Shown here: one piece after another, positions 38,815 through 48,609 of the stretch
How positions within the stretch are numbered: the first letter of the stretch is position 1
Layout of the letters: the number at the start of each line of letters is the position of its first letter
Source of the DNA: Spirochaetota bacterium
GTDB lineage: Bacteria > Spirochaetota > UBA4802 > JAFGDQ01
Reading direction: 5' to 3'
Length of the DNA stretch: 64,000 nucleotides
Assembly: GCA_016934735.1 (NCBI GenBank)
Contig: JAFGSG010000052.1
Coordinates: 4,424 to 68,423, forward strand
Notes under the pieces: model-generated
Database searches by the model: none
Told to the model about the DNA's origin: nothing
Seen by the model: only the letters and a program-made list of their open reading frames with translations
Position numbers and translations under genes: made by a program

Positions 38815-38925
38815 ATGCTTGATAAATCCAACAAAAAATGCAATTGTCAGCCCATAGCAAATTATGGACTTTTCGCTTTAACATGTTTAAGAATGCACTC
38901 TTATACTTTCTTAGGAGATAATCTA

Positions 38926-39789
38926 ATGAATAAAATAATCAGACTGATTTCATGCTTAATAATATTTTTTTCTTTTCTGCTTCAAATATACTGCAACCCC
39001 AGGAAAAAAGAAAGTGATTCGGGAATAATAGTTGCTGTATCCATAGTACCGCAGAAAACTTTTGTCGAAGCAGTGGCCGGGAAACTCGCAAAGGTTGTCG
39101 TAATGGTCCCCCCCGGATTCAGCCCTGCAAATTATGAACCCAAACCCGTTCAAATGGAAGAATTTTCAAAGGCTAAGATATATTTTGCCATAGGCATACC
39201 AACTGAAAAAAGCAACATATTGCCCAAAGCGAAAAATAAAAAAATAATCATGATGCATGAAGAGGTCGCAAAGAGTTACCCTGAGAGAAAATTCTCAACC
39301 GGAGCAAGAGATCCGCATATATGGCTTTCACCAAAAAGGGTAAAAGCAATGGCGGAAATCATTGCCCGTGAATTAGCAGCGATTGATCCTGCGAATAAAA
39401 AAGAGTATGAAAAAAATGCAGGATATTATATTAATGAACTGGATAAAGCAGACAGAGAAATAAAAGCAACAGCCAAAGGCCTGAACAGCAGGAAATTTAT
39501 TGTTTTTCATCCGGCGTACGGATATTTTGCAGACGATTACAAACTTGAAATGCATGCCCTTGAGCACGACGGAAAAGAAGCTTCGCCTGTACGATTAAAA
39601 AAGATGATCGATTTCGCTAAAAAGGAAAATATCAAAGTGATATTTTATCAGGCTGAAATCTCGGACAGGCAGGCACAGTCATTCGCGGATGAAATCGGAG
39701 GAAAAACAATAAAGCTTTCGCCTCTTTCACCTGATTATATTAACAATCTGAAAAATATTGCTGAAACTTTCAGACAACTTATAAGATAA
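38926..39789 (+). CDS. znuA: zinc ABC transporter substrate-binding lipoprotein
   Basis: SPANYEP, DPHIWLSP and FHPAYGYF motifs; AGGAG RBS before ATG 38926. Confidence 0.88.
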   Translation: MNKIIRLISCLIIFFSFLLQIYCNPRKKESDSGIIVAVSIVPQKTFVEAVAGKLAKVVVMVPPGFSPANYEPKPVQMEEFSKAKIYFAIGIPTEKSNILPKAKNKKIIMMHEEVAKSYPERKFSTGARDPHIWLSPKRVKAMAEIIARELAAIDPANKKEYEKNAGYYINELDKADREIKATAKGLNSRKFIVFHPAYGYFADDYKLEMHALEHDGKEASPVRLKKMIDFAKKENIKVIFYQAEISDRQAQSFADEIGGKTIKLSPLSPDYINNLKNIAETFRQLIR

Positions 39790-39801
39790 GTATTATAAAA
39801 T

Positions 39802-40581
39802 ATGCATCCGGAAAACCAAAACGCATTAGCTCTCAATATAAATAATCTTTCGGTAAAATACGGAGATACGCCTGCGCTTTCAGGTATCACACTTAAAGTA
39901 AATGCCGGAGACTATCTGGGCGTAATTGGCCCGAACGGCGGCGGTAAAAGCACTCTGTTAAAAGCAATCATGGGACTTGTTAAAACAGCATCAGGCAATA
40001 TAAAAGTTTCCGGACATACACCGGGATATCTGCATAAAAATATCGGCTATGTTCCCCAGACTTCTGACGTAGATAAATCTTTTCCTATTAATGTACAGGA
40101 AGTAGTGCTGACAGGAATGCTGGTGCGGGGTTTCCCGATCTTCCGCAAATACTCGCAAAAAGAAAAAGAAGCTGCGGATAATCTGCTGAATGAAGTAGGC
40201 GTATACGCGTTAAAAAAACGCCACATAAAGGAACTGTCGGGCGGTGAATTTCAGAAAATACTCATTGCCAGAGCGCTGGCCGTTAATCCAGGTCTTCTGC
40301 TGCTTGACGAACCGACCTCAAGTGTAGATGCGAATTCCAGGGATCAGATTTACAATCTTCTTGAAACTCTAAACGCTCGCATGACCATCATTCTTGTAAC
40401 ACATGATTTGCTTGCCATATCCGCTCATGTCGGAGTACTGGCCTGCCTGAACAGACAGCTTGTATACCATGGAAAAGCAGAACTGAACAGCGAGATTGTC
40501 AGCAACATGTACAACTGCCCGGTGGACCTTATAGCTCACGGAGTGCCTCACAGGGTATTAAAGGAGCATGTACATGATTAG
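39802..40581 (+). CDS. znuC: metal ABC transporter ATP-binding protein
   Basis: GPNGGGKST, GYVPQ, LSGGE and LLDEPT motifs. Confidence 0.9.
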   Translation: MHPENQNALALNINNLSVKYGDTPALSGITLKVNAGDYLGVIGPNGGGKSTLLKAIMGLVKTASGNIKVSGHTPGYLHKNIGYVPQTSDVDKSFPINVQEVVLTGMLVRGFPIFRKYSQKEKEAADNLLNEVGVYALKKRHIKELSGGEFQKILIARALAVNPGLLLLDEPTSSVDANSRDQIYNLLETLNARMTIILVTHDLLAISAHVGVLACLNRQLVYHGKAELNSEIVSNMYNCPVDLIAHGVPHRVLKEHVHD

Positions 40582-41410
40582 CTTCTTATCTATATTTTCA
40601 TACCAGTTTTTTCAAAATGCTGTTGTTGCCGGCATTTTATGCAGCATAGTCTGCGGCATAATAGGCGTAATAATATCTGAAAAAAAACTTGTTATGATGA
40701 GCGGAGGAATTGCTCATGCTTCTTACGGAGGAGTCGGTCTTGGATACCTTATCGGAATCGAACCGATAATCGGAGCTTTTTTATTTTCAGTCGGTTCCGC
40801 TATCGGAATTGGTTTTTTAAAAAGAAACGGACGATTTCGTTCCGACGTACTTATCGGCCTGTTCTGGTCTTTTGGTATGGCCCTTGGTATTTTATTTATT
40901 ACACTCATGCCGGGATACCCTCCGGAAATATCGTCATATCTCTTTGGAAGCATACTCTCAGTAACAAACTCCGACCTTGCATTGATGACTTCACTAACAA
41001 TACTCGTTATACTACCGGTTGCTATGCTTTTCAATCACTGGAAAGCATACATGTTCGATGAGGAATTCGCAACCGTTATGGGTTTAAAAACCACAATCAT
41101 GGAATATGTACTCTTTATATTGATAGCAATGTCTGTAGTTGTACTTATCCGTGCAGTGGGAATTATTCTTACATTGGCTTTATTAACCGCACCTACAGCT
41201 ATCGCAGGGCTTTTCACAAAAAGCATTGGATCGAGGATGGTTCTTTCAGCTATCGCAGGGGCTTTCTTCTGCTTAGCAGGCATCTTTTTATCATATATAC
41301 TTAACATTCCCTCGGGCGCAGCTATTGTTATTTTTACAGCTATAATTTTCTTACTTGTTTATATCGCCTTTAATCTGAGAATTAAAAACAGAACACCCTT
41401 AAACAATTAA
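40574..41410 (+). CDS. znuB: metal ABC transporter permease
   Basis: GGIAHASYGG, SYLFGSIL and FDEEFA motifs. Confidence 0.9.
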   Translation: MISFLSIFSYQFFQNAVVAGILCSIVCGIIGVIISEKKLVMMSGGIAHASYGGVGLGYLIGIEPIIGAFLFSVGSAIGIGFLKRNGRFRSDVLIGLFWSFGMALGILFITLMPGYPPEISSYLFGSILSVTNSDLALMTSLTILVILPVAMLFNHWKAYMFDEEFATVMGLKTTIMEYVLFILIAMSVVVLIRAVGIILTLALLTAPTAIAGLFTKSIGSRMVLSAIAGAFFCLAGIFLSYILNIPSGAAIVIFTAIIFLLVYIAFNLRIKNRTPLNN

Positions 41411-41691
41411 AACAAGTTCAGCTTAGTCTGAATTTGTTTTATTGCCTGGTTTATTATTAATTATCATATGCTTTACATATTAAAGCTATCTATTCTTTCT
41501 GTTATATTTTTATTGTTGTCACAGAAAATCGACAGATATTCAAATCCTTAAATATTATTTTTATCCCGCCATTTAATTTCAAATAAGATACTTTATAGAA
41601 AGATTTAACGGCCGGCAATTTTCAGTATTATGAAGTATTTGGCTAATATGAACATACAAAATAATTAATTTACCGGAATATTATTTTTTTT

Positions 41692-41752
41692 ATTGACAAA
41701 ATATATAAATGTATAATGGTTAAACCATTATACATTTATATATTTTGTCAAT
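41692..41752. repeat. perfect 61-bp palindrome centred on a FadR-type operator
   Basis: ATTGACAAAATATATAAATGTATAATGGTT-A-AACCATTATACATTTATATATTTTGTCAAT (30-bp arms). Confidence 0.9.
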
Positions 41753-41803
41753 TACAATGCTGCCGTCAATGATGATAGATGAAAAAATACGAGGCCAAAT
41801 CCT

Positions 41804-42511
41804 ATGTTTGATCCAGTTAATAATAAGCGCTCCTTTGAAGATGTAGCAGAGCAGATCAAGGAAAAAATACTTTCAGGCTCCCTTAAGCCATTTAAACGGC
41901 TGCAGTCCGAAAGAGAATTAGCTAGTCAGTTTAATACCAGCCGTATAACCATTCGATCCGCCATTCAAATCCTTGAAGGCCTGGGTTTTCTTGAGGTTAA
42001 AACAGGAGTAAAGGGCGGAGCGTTTGTACGGCAGTTGGATTCCATGCTTGTTACTCAGTCTATCTTTTATCTAATAAAGGCCGGACAGGTGTCATTTACG
42101 GACTTTATTCAGGCACGTATATTGATTGAGGAAGATGCCCTTAAGCTAGCAATAGCCCGTATTAACAACAATAAAATTAAAGAATTACGAGAAATAATTA
42201 AATTATCGGAATATCTGTTATTTCAGAAGGATGATCATTCATATAGAAAGTTCAGAGAGAGCATGGGGAGATTTCATATATGCCTTGCAAACGCTTCGGG
42301 CAATCGTTTATACGAGTATCTTATCTCCTCAATGCTTAAATTATCACTCCAATTTGTTGAAGATGTTATCCCGGATCCGAACTATGATAAAAGTCATCTT
42401 TCTCAGCATCTGAAATTATTAGACGCTATCTACAATAAAAACTTTAATAATGCCAAAAGTCTTCTGCGTAAGAATATTTTAGAATTAAACGCACTATATA
42501 AAAAAGTATAA
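41804..42511 (+). CDS. GntR/FadR family regulator (FCD domain)
   Basis: SERELASQFNTSRITIRSA, GVKGGAFV and FH...ASGN motifs. Confidence 0.92.
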   Translation: MFDPVNNKRSFEDVAEQIKEKILSGSLKPFKRLQSERELASQFNTSRITIRSAIQILEGLGFLEVKTGVKGGAFVRQLDSMLVTQSIFYLIKAGQVSFTDFIQARILIEEDALKLAIARINNNKIKELREIIKLSEYLLFQKDDHSYRKFRESMGRFHICLANASGNRLYEYLISSMLKLSLQFVEDVIPDPNYDKSHLSQHLKLLDAIYNKNFNNAKSLLRKNILELNALYKKV

Positions 42512-42537
42512 CGAATGACATTAGACGGGAAAGAGCG

Positions 42538-43893
42538 ATGAATATATTCAATTTTAATACAAAAAAAACTATTCGTGAACCGGAACAGGAAATACCTGTA
42601 TGCGCTCAGGCAGATGTTATAGTAGTAGGCGGGGGACCCGCAGGAATTGCAGCGGCTATCTCTGCCTCCAGACAAGGCTGCAGGACTATTCTTTTTGAAC
42701 GCTACGGTCATCTGGGAGGAATGGCCACAGGCGGACTGGTAATACTTATTCCTCATCTGAGCGACGGCTCAAAAATTCAGCAGCTTAGCGGTATGAACCG
42801 GGAATGGATTGAGAAACTCGATAAACTTGGCGGTGCTTTTCATCCAGCTGAAAATGAACTTGGAAGCCATGATAAAAACGTAATCAATAAATGGCAACTA
42901 TACTTTTCGTGTGTAGTTAATGGCAGAGTCAGGAATAGCGTATATATTGACCCGGAACTGCTAAAATGTGTTTTAAGCCGGATGGCGTCAGAGGCAAAGG
43001 TAAATCTTGCTTTGCACTGCTGGGGAGTCAAAGCCCTAATGGATGAAGAAAGAATTACTGGTGTAATTTTCGAATCAAAGTCAGGTAGAATGGCTGCACT
43101 TGCCGGGATTGTCATTGATGCCAGCGGGGATGGCGATATTTTTACCAGCGCAGGAGCGGAATATGAATTAAGTAGTAATCTGGAACTGAGAAATTCAATG
43201 ATGGCTCTGGTATTTCGAGTCGGAGGTGTAGATTATATTAAATTTGCTGAATTTAGAAACAATAATACTGAAAAGTGGCAACAGATAATAAAGGATATAA
43301 AGGATATTACAGGATTTGCCGTCTTGCCTTTACCCAGTCAACGCAACGACATTGTATGGATAAACAACTGGATACCAAAGCGTAATTGTCTTGATTTTCA
43401 AGACCTCACTTATGTTGAACAGAGAGTACGTGAAATAATGCTTCCTGTGTTGAATTATTTACAAAAGAATACTCCCGGATTTGCTTCTTCATTTATCATA
43501 GATACTGCACAGCAAATCGGAACAAGAGGAAGCCGCAGACTATCCGGTGAATATAAAGTAACTATACAGGACTTAAAAGAGGGGAAAAAACATAATGATA
43601 AAATCGCAATAATTCCTTCAATAGATCCTAATAAAATCGAACCTCTTATTGAATTTCCATATAGGGCACTGGTTCCCAAAGAAATCAACGGACTATTAGT
43701 GGCTGGCCGTAGTTTTTCGTCTGATATCCAGTCTAATGACCTTATAAATCTGATTCCTCATTGCGTGGCAATGGGTGAAGCAGCTGGTTGTGCGGCGGCC
43801 ATAGCCCTTGAATCCGGCAAAGAAGTTAGAGATGTGGATACTAAAGTATTGCAGAATATCCTGAAAAAACAGGGAGTCTATCTGGGAGACTAA
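42538..43893 (+). CDS. FAD-dependent oxidoreductase
   Basis: VVGGGPAG, GHLGGMATGG, IDASGDGD, PYRALVP and MGEAAG motifs. Confidence 0.9.
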   Translation: MNIFNFNTKKTIREPEQEIPVCAQADVIVVGGGPAGIAAAISASRQGCRTILFERYGHLGGMATGGLVILIPHLSDGSKIQQLSGMNREWIEKLDKLGGAFHPAENELGSHDKNVINKWQLYFSCVVNGRVRNSVYIDPELLKCVLSRMASEAKVNLALHCWGVKALMDEERITGVIFESKSGRMAALAGIVIDASGDGDIFTSAGAEYELSSNLELRNSMMALVFRVGGVDYIKFAEFRNNNTEKWQQIIKDIKDITGFAVLPLPSQRNDIVWINNWIPKRNCLDFQDLTYVEQRVREIMLPVLNYLQKNTPGFASSFIIDTAQQIGTRGSRRLSGEYKVTIQDLKEGKKHNDKIAIIPSIDPNKIEPLIEFPYRALVPKEINGLLVAGRSFSSDIQSNDLINLIPHCVAMGEAAGCAAAIALESGKEVRDVDTKVLQNILKKQGVYLGD

Positions 43894-44113
43894 TTATTGA
43901 GTTCAATGCCACGACCTGTGGCAGCGATTATAAAAGTAGATGTTCATCCTGCCTAAATGGGCAGGTCTATATCAACATTCTTTTTGGGTATGTTGATTGA
44001 AGAATATTAATGTTATGAATAATCAATCGAACGAATATTTACAATGCCTAAAATAGGGTATTTTTATGTAAAAGAACCCTATATATTATTAAATAATTTA
44101 AAAGGAGGGACGT

Positions 44114-45121
44114 ATGTCAGGAAGTACAGAATCTACAAATGAAAAGAAGTTTGTTTTTTACAAAGTATTAATGTTTTTATTATTTGTATCATTTTTTTTC
44201 CCCGTCAATCTTTCCGCATGGTCTCCGCAAAAAGAAATTAAACTGATTGTTACAGCCAGCACCCAATCCCATTATAATGGCCAGGCACGTATAATTGCCG
44301 CGGAAATGGAAAAAATACTTAAAGTGCCTGTATATGTCGACAATGTACCCGGAGGCAATGCAGTGCAGGGTGCCTTGCAGACATATATGGCCAAACCTGA
44401 CGGCTCTACAATATGCTTAACCGGGTCAACACAGCTTATTCTTAACCAGTACATGTTCAATGCCAAATTTAACGTTGAAAAGTTCCAATATATAGGGCGA
44501 TGTCTGGATGGGACAAAAATGACTGGTACAATCTTTACTTCTAAACAAGCCGGTTTAACTACGTTTAAAGATGTTTTAAAATATGATAAAGTTCTGCGCT
44601 GGGCATCTATGGGAAAAGGTACAGTTCCATGGCTGTCAACTGTAATATTAAGCAGGAAATTCAATATCAAGAACGTACAGATTCACGGTTATGTAGGACT
44701 TGAAGCATTGCATGCTGTAAGCAGAGGGGAAGCTGACGCTGTATCATTCCCTGCTTTTTTAGGCCGTTCATTTGTAGAGAAAAACCAATTAAATGCAGCT
44801 CTGGTAATTGCTAATGAGCGATATAAGCCTTTTCCGAACACCCCAACCTGTGTAGAAGCAGGCATACCTGAATTAGTAGACATGGTCGCCGTCCATCATA
44901 TTATCATAGCCCCGCCGCGGACACCTGATGATATAATGAAAGTCCTGGATGATGCTGTTTTTAAGGCAGCAGGCAGCCAAAAAATGAAAGAATATCATGT
45001 TAAGTCAATAGAAGGCGGGAAAGGTTTCGGCCCTATGAATGGAGCTGATACACGTGCTGTTATTCTTAAGGTTGCCAGGGAATTAAAGCCGATTATCGAA
45101 GAATTAAAGGATAAAGACTAG
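44114..45121 (+). CDS. tripartite tricarboxylate transporter substrate-binding protein (TctC/Bug)
   Basis: VDNVPGGN, AKPDGSTI, PNTPTCVEAG and APPRTP motifs. Confidence 0.85.
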   Translation: MSGSTESTNEKKFVFYKVLMFLLFVSFFFPVNLSAWSPQKEIKLIVTASTQSHYNGQARIIAAEMEKILKVPVYVDNVPGGNAVQGALQTYMAKPDGSTICLTGSTQLILNQYMFNAKFNVEKFQYIGRCLDGTKMTGTIFTSKQAGLTTFKDVLKYDKVLRWASMGKGTVPWLSTVILSRKFNIKNVQIHGYVGLEALHAVSRGEADAVSFPAFLGRSFVEKNQLNAALVIANERYKPFPNTPTCVEAGIPELVDMVAVHHIIIAPPRTPDDIMKVLDDAVFKAAGSQKMKEYHVKSIEGGKGFGPMNGADTRAVILKVARELKPIIEELKDKD

Positions 45122-45278
45122 ATATGTAAAAATAATATATCTTCCAATATAACAGTTCTCTGAAAAACAGGAAAGTATTAAGCGATACACTGAATTATCG
45201 TCATTTATAGATATTTTTTTCTTTATCAACATCTATAAATTTTATGTTAATAATAAAATTATTGGAATGTAATTAAAA

Positions 45279-47339
45279 ATGGAACTGCTGACTGGTTTAA
45301 GTAATTTATTTTCATTCTGGGGAATTATAGCTTTTTCAGCCGGGATTATAATAGGATTTATTATTGGTGTACTGCCCGGTCTCGGCACCGGAACCGCGCT
45401 TATGCTGTCTTTCCCCATCGTTTTTCTTGTTCCCAAAGAAATGGCTTTTATATGTTTTGCCGCAATGTTCGGCGCAGCGGATTTCGGTGCTTCAGTTACT
45501 TCAATTATTCTATGCACACCTGGTTCCGTATCAAACCTTGTAACGGTCTTTGACGGATATCCCATGGCCAAAAACGGTCAGGCAAGCCGCGCCCTGGGGC
45601 TGGCTGCATTCAGTTCAATATTTGGTGCAATAGTGGGTATAATTGTGCTGATACTGGCTATTCCACTGGTTCAATCAATACTGAATCTCTACGGTATACG
45701 TGAGTTCTTCTGGACTGTTATACTGTCTTTCATTGTTGTAGGACTTGCTACTGCAAGCGGGTCGTTCCTTAAAGGACTGGCGGCATGCTGTATCGGTGTA
45801 TTGATCTCCTTCATAGGATACAGCAGTTTTCTCGGGTCAACGCGTTTTATAGGAGAAAACCTTTATTTATGGGACGGGATCGATCTGGGGCCTTTTATAA
45901 TAGGACTGTTTGCATTAAGCGAATTGCTTATGCTACAGGCACGCGGCCAGAGTATTTCTTCCTGTGAAATAATTCAGAAGGCAAACATAAAACAGACACT
46001 TGCCAGTATAAAGGAAGCCGGTAAAAATATTCATAAACTGACACTCGGATCTATAATAGGCACAATTGTCGGTATTATACCGGGAATAGGCGGATCGGTT
46101 GCATGTTACCTGTCATACGCCGCTGCCAAAATATTAAGCAAAAAAAGAAAACTTTTCGGGCAAGGCAGCCCGGAAGGGCTGATGGCCAGCGAAGTTGCAA
46201 ATAATGCAAAGGATGGCGGTGCGCTTTTAACAACATTATTCTTTGGCCTCCCGGGGTCGGCTGAGATGGCAATTATTCTTGGAGCTTTCCTTGTGGTAGG
46301 CATTAACCCGGGCCCGGGAATGGCGGAAAAAAACCTGGACCTGGTATGGCTGATTATAATGGCTACTCTCTTTGGTAATGTTGCATCGTGTTTAATTGTG
46401 CTCCTGGGGTCATCATTCCTTTCCCGTATCACTGTTATGCCTATCAGCTTGGTTGTTGCCGCAACTGTGCCTATAAGCCTTACCGGATTGTTTGTAATAC
46501 GCTCCAATATCTGGGATGTAATCCTTGCCGCCATATTCTGTTTTTTCGGGTTTCTGTTAAAACGTAACGGTTATCCATTGGCGCCGCTCATAATCGGATT
46601 TATACTGGGGCCCCTTGTTGAAAAAAGTTTTCACATGACTTTAAAAAGCAGCCTTTACAATCCGGCTGGTTTTTTCGACAGCACATGGTCAGTTGTCACA
46701 ATAATCCTATGCATAATTCTGCTGTCTGTGCCTTTCCTATCCACTTATTTTCACTATTTAAAGAGAAAACGGTCAGTTAAAAGCCAGGTTATCGATCAAG
46801 ATAAATATACTCCTGATTCAAATGCATCAATTGCGAAAGAACCGATCCTTACGGCTGCTATGTTGATAATTATTTCATGTTCCTTTATTTTTGCAGCAAG
46901 AGGATATGAATGGGAGAGCAATATTCTGCCTTTAATAACAGCAATCAGTGCAATTATCATACTTATTATAATACTGGTTTCCGAAGCGAGCGGAAAATTT
47001 GCTTATGTCATGGAATATGTTATGGGTTCTTTCGGCCAGAAAGGGAGCATAACAACAGATCCAAAATGGAGCAAGCTCATGCAGCTTTATATTTGGCTTA
47101 TGGGCTTAGTGCTTGCGATTTTTCTTATCGGGTATGTGGCTTCAATATTAATTAGTGTATTTATTCTGCTTCGATATGTGGGCAGAGTAAAGACACCGAA
47201 AAGCATTATATTTGCCGTCATAATAGATGTTTTTATTTATATAATTTACGGATTGATTTTTAGTGTAAGACTTTGGCCTGGAATAATTCCTTCCGTTATC
47301 CCAGGATTTGTTGGCGGAGGATCCCTTCCACCATTTTAA
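45279..47339 (+). CDS. tripartite tricarboxylate transporter TctA with a fused C-terminal TctB-like region
   Basis: GVLPGLG, DGYPMAKNG, EVANNA and GLPGS motifs; about 190 extra residues with several TM helices. Confidence 0.85.
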   Translation: MELLTGLSNLFSFWGIIAFSAGIIIGFIIGVLPGLGTGTALMLSFPIVFLVPKEMAFICFAAMFGAADFGASVTSIILCTPGSVSNLVTVFDGYPMAKNGQASRALGLAAFSSIFGAIVGIIVLILAIPLVQSILNLYGIREFFWTVILSFIVVGLATASGSFLKGLAACCIGVLISFIGYSSFLGSTRFIGENLYLWDGIDLGPFIIGLFALSELLMLQARGQSISSCEIIQKANIKQTLASIKEAGKNIHKLTLGSIIGTIVGIIPGIGGSVACYLSYAAAKILSKKRKLFGQGSPEGLMASEVANNAKDGGALLTTLFFGLPGSAEMAIILGAFLVVGINPGPGMAEKNLDLVWLIIMATLFGNVASCLIVLLGSSFLSRITVMPISLVVAATVPISLTGLFVIRSNIWDVILAAIFCFFGFLLKRNGYPLAPLIIGFILGPLVEKSFHMTLKSSLYNPAGFFDSTWSVVTIILCIILLSVPFLSTYFHYLKRKRSVKSQVIDQDKYTPDSNASIAKEPILTAAMLIIISCSFIFAARGYEWESNILPLITAISAIIILIIILVSEASGKFAYVMEYVMGSFGQKGSITTDPKWSKLMQLYIWLMGLVLAIFLIGYVASILISVFILLRYVGRVKTPKSIIFAVIIDVFIYIIYGLIFSVRLWPGIIPSVIPGFVGGGSLPPF

Positions 47340-47658
47340 AAATCAATATATCATTTAACGATTTTTTAATCCCTGGTTATTTTATAAAAAAATTTTGACT
47401 TATCACTTTAACCCACAAAGACAAATGTGATAATGTATTAGATGTTATGAGGGAATACTATATCGCAGACAGCAAAAGATAGTAAATCAATTTTTGGCTG
47501 GTCAATAACAGGTAGAAATAATTGTATTAATTACAATACAAGGCTGTATTGCAAAATTACTAACAGGGGGATTCATTGCCTTTCTGAAATTAATTGATTT
47601 TTTGTCTGGACTATAATACAAAATCAAATCACATTCTTCCGGAACAGACAATTACAAT

Positions 47659-48594
47659 ATGAACCGCAATAGAACAAATATAAAAAAAGATGAATATATT
47701 TTCCGCGTTAATCGTGTCATTGATTACATAGATGCAAATATTGATCAGAAAATAACTCTGGCCTTGCTTTCCAGGATTGCTAATTTCTCCGAATATCATT
47801 TTCATAGAATTTTTAAAAGCATAATCGGGGAACCGCTGATCAAATATATTCAAAGAATCAGAGTTGAAAAAGCAGCTGTTCAGCTTATTTATAATCCCCA
47901 AAAATTAATTACCGAAATCGCATTTGACTGCGGATTTTCTTCATCACAATTTTTTTCTAGGGTCTTCAAAGAATACTATGAGATAAATGCAAGCCAATGG
48001 AGAAATAAAAACATTAATAAAAATAAAATTATCCGTACAAAAAGCAAGATAGTGAAAGAAATAAAATTTCCTTTTAAATATTATAATATCAGGAATAATG
48101 CAAATATACCGGAATCATTTATTAATGTAAAAGAATTGCCGGATATGGAGGCAGCATATATCCGTCATATCGGCGCATATAAGGGCAATTCGGATCTTTT
48201 CAAAAGCCTGTATTCAAAGCTTTTTAAATGGGCGGAAGCGCATAAATTGCTTAATTCAGATACAAGAACCATAGCGTTATATAATGACTTCCCGGAAATA
48301 ACCGATGAAAAAAGACTTCGATTAACTGCATGCATCACTGTTCCCGAAAAAACGCTTGCGGATGGAGCAATCGGCAAACTTAAAATCCGGGGAGGCAAAT
48401 ACGCTGTAGCGCGGTTTGAAATATTTAAAAATGAATTTGAAAGCGCATGGGACATGGTGTACGGCGAATGGCTTCCCGGAAGCGGTTATCAGCCGGAAGA
48501 CAGGCCTGCATTTGAACTCTTTCACAACGATCCTGAACATCATCCGGAAAAAAAATATATTCTCGATATATGTGTTCCCGTAAAGCCTTTATAA
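47659..48594 (+). CDS. AraC family regulator with GyrI-like effector domain
   Basis: FSEYHFHRIF and GFSSSQFFSRVF HTHs; YIRHIGAY, GGKYA and WLPGSGYQPED GyrI motifs. Confidence 0.92.
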   Translation: MNRNRTNIKKDEYIFRVNRVIDYIDANIDQKITLALLSRIANFSEYHFHRIFKSIIGEPLIKYIQRIRVEKAAVQLIYNPQKLITEIAFDCGFSSSQFFSRVFKEYYEINASQWRNKNINKNKIIRTKSKIVKEIKFPFKYYNIRNNANIPESFINVKELPDMEAAYIRHIGAYKGNSDLFKSLYSKLFKWAEAHKLLNSDTRTIALYNDFPEITDEKRLRLTACITVPEKTLADGAIGKLKIRGGKYAVARFEIFKNEFESAWDMVYGEWLPGSGYQPEDRPAFELFHNDPEHHPEKKYILDICVPVKPL

Positions 48595-48609
48595 TAAACA
48601 GAGAATTTT

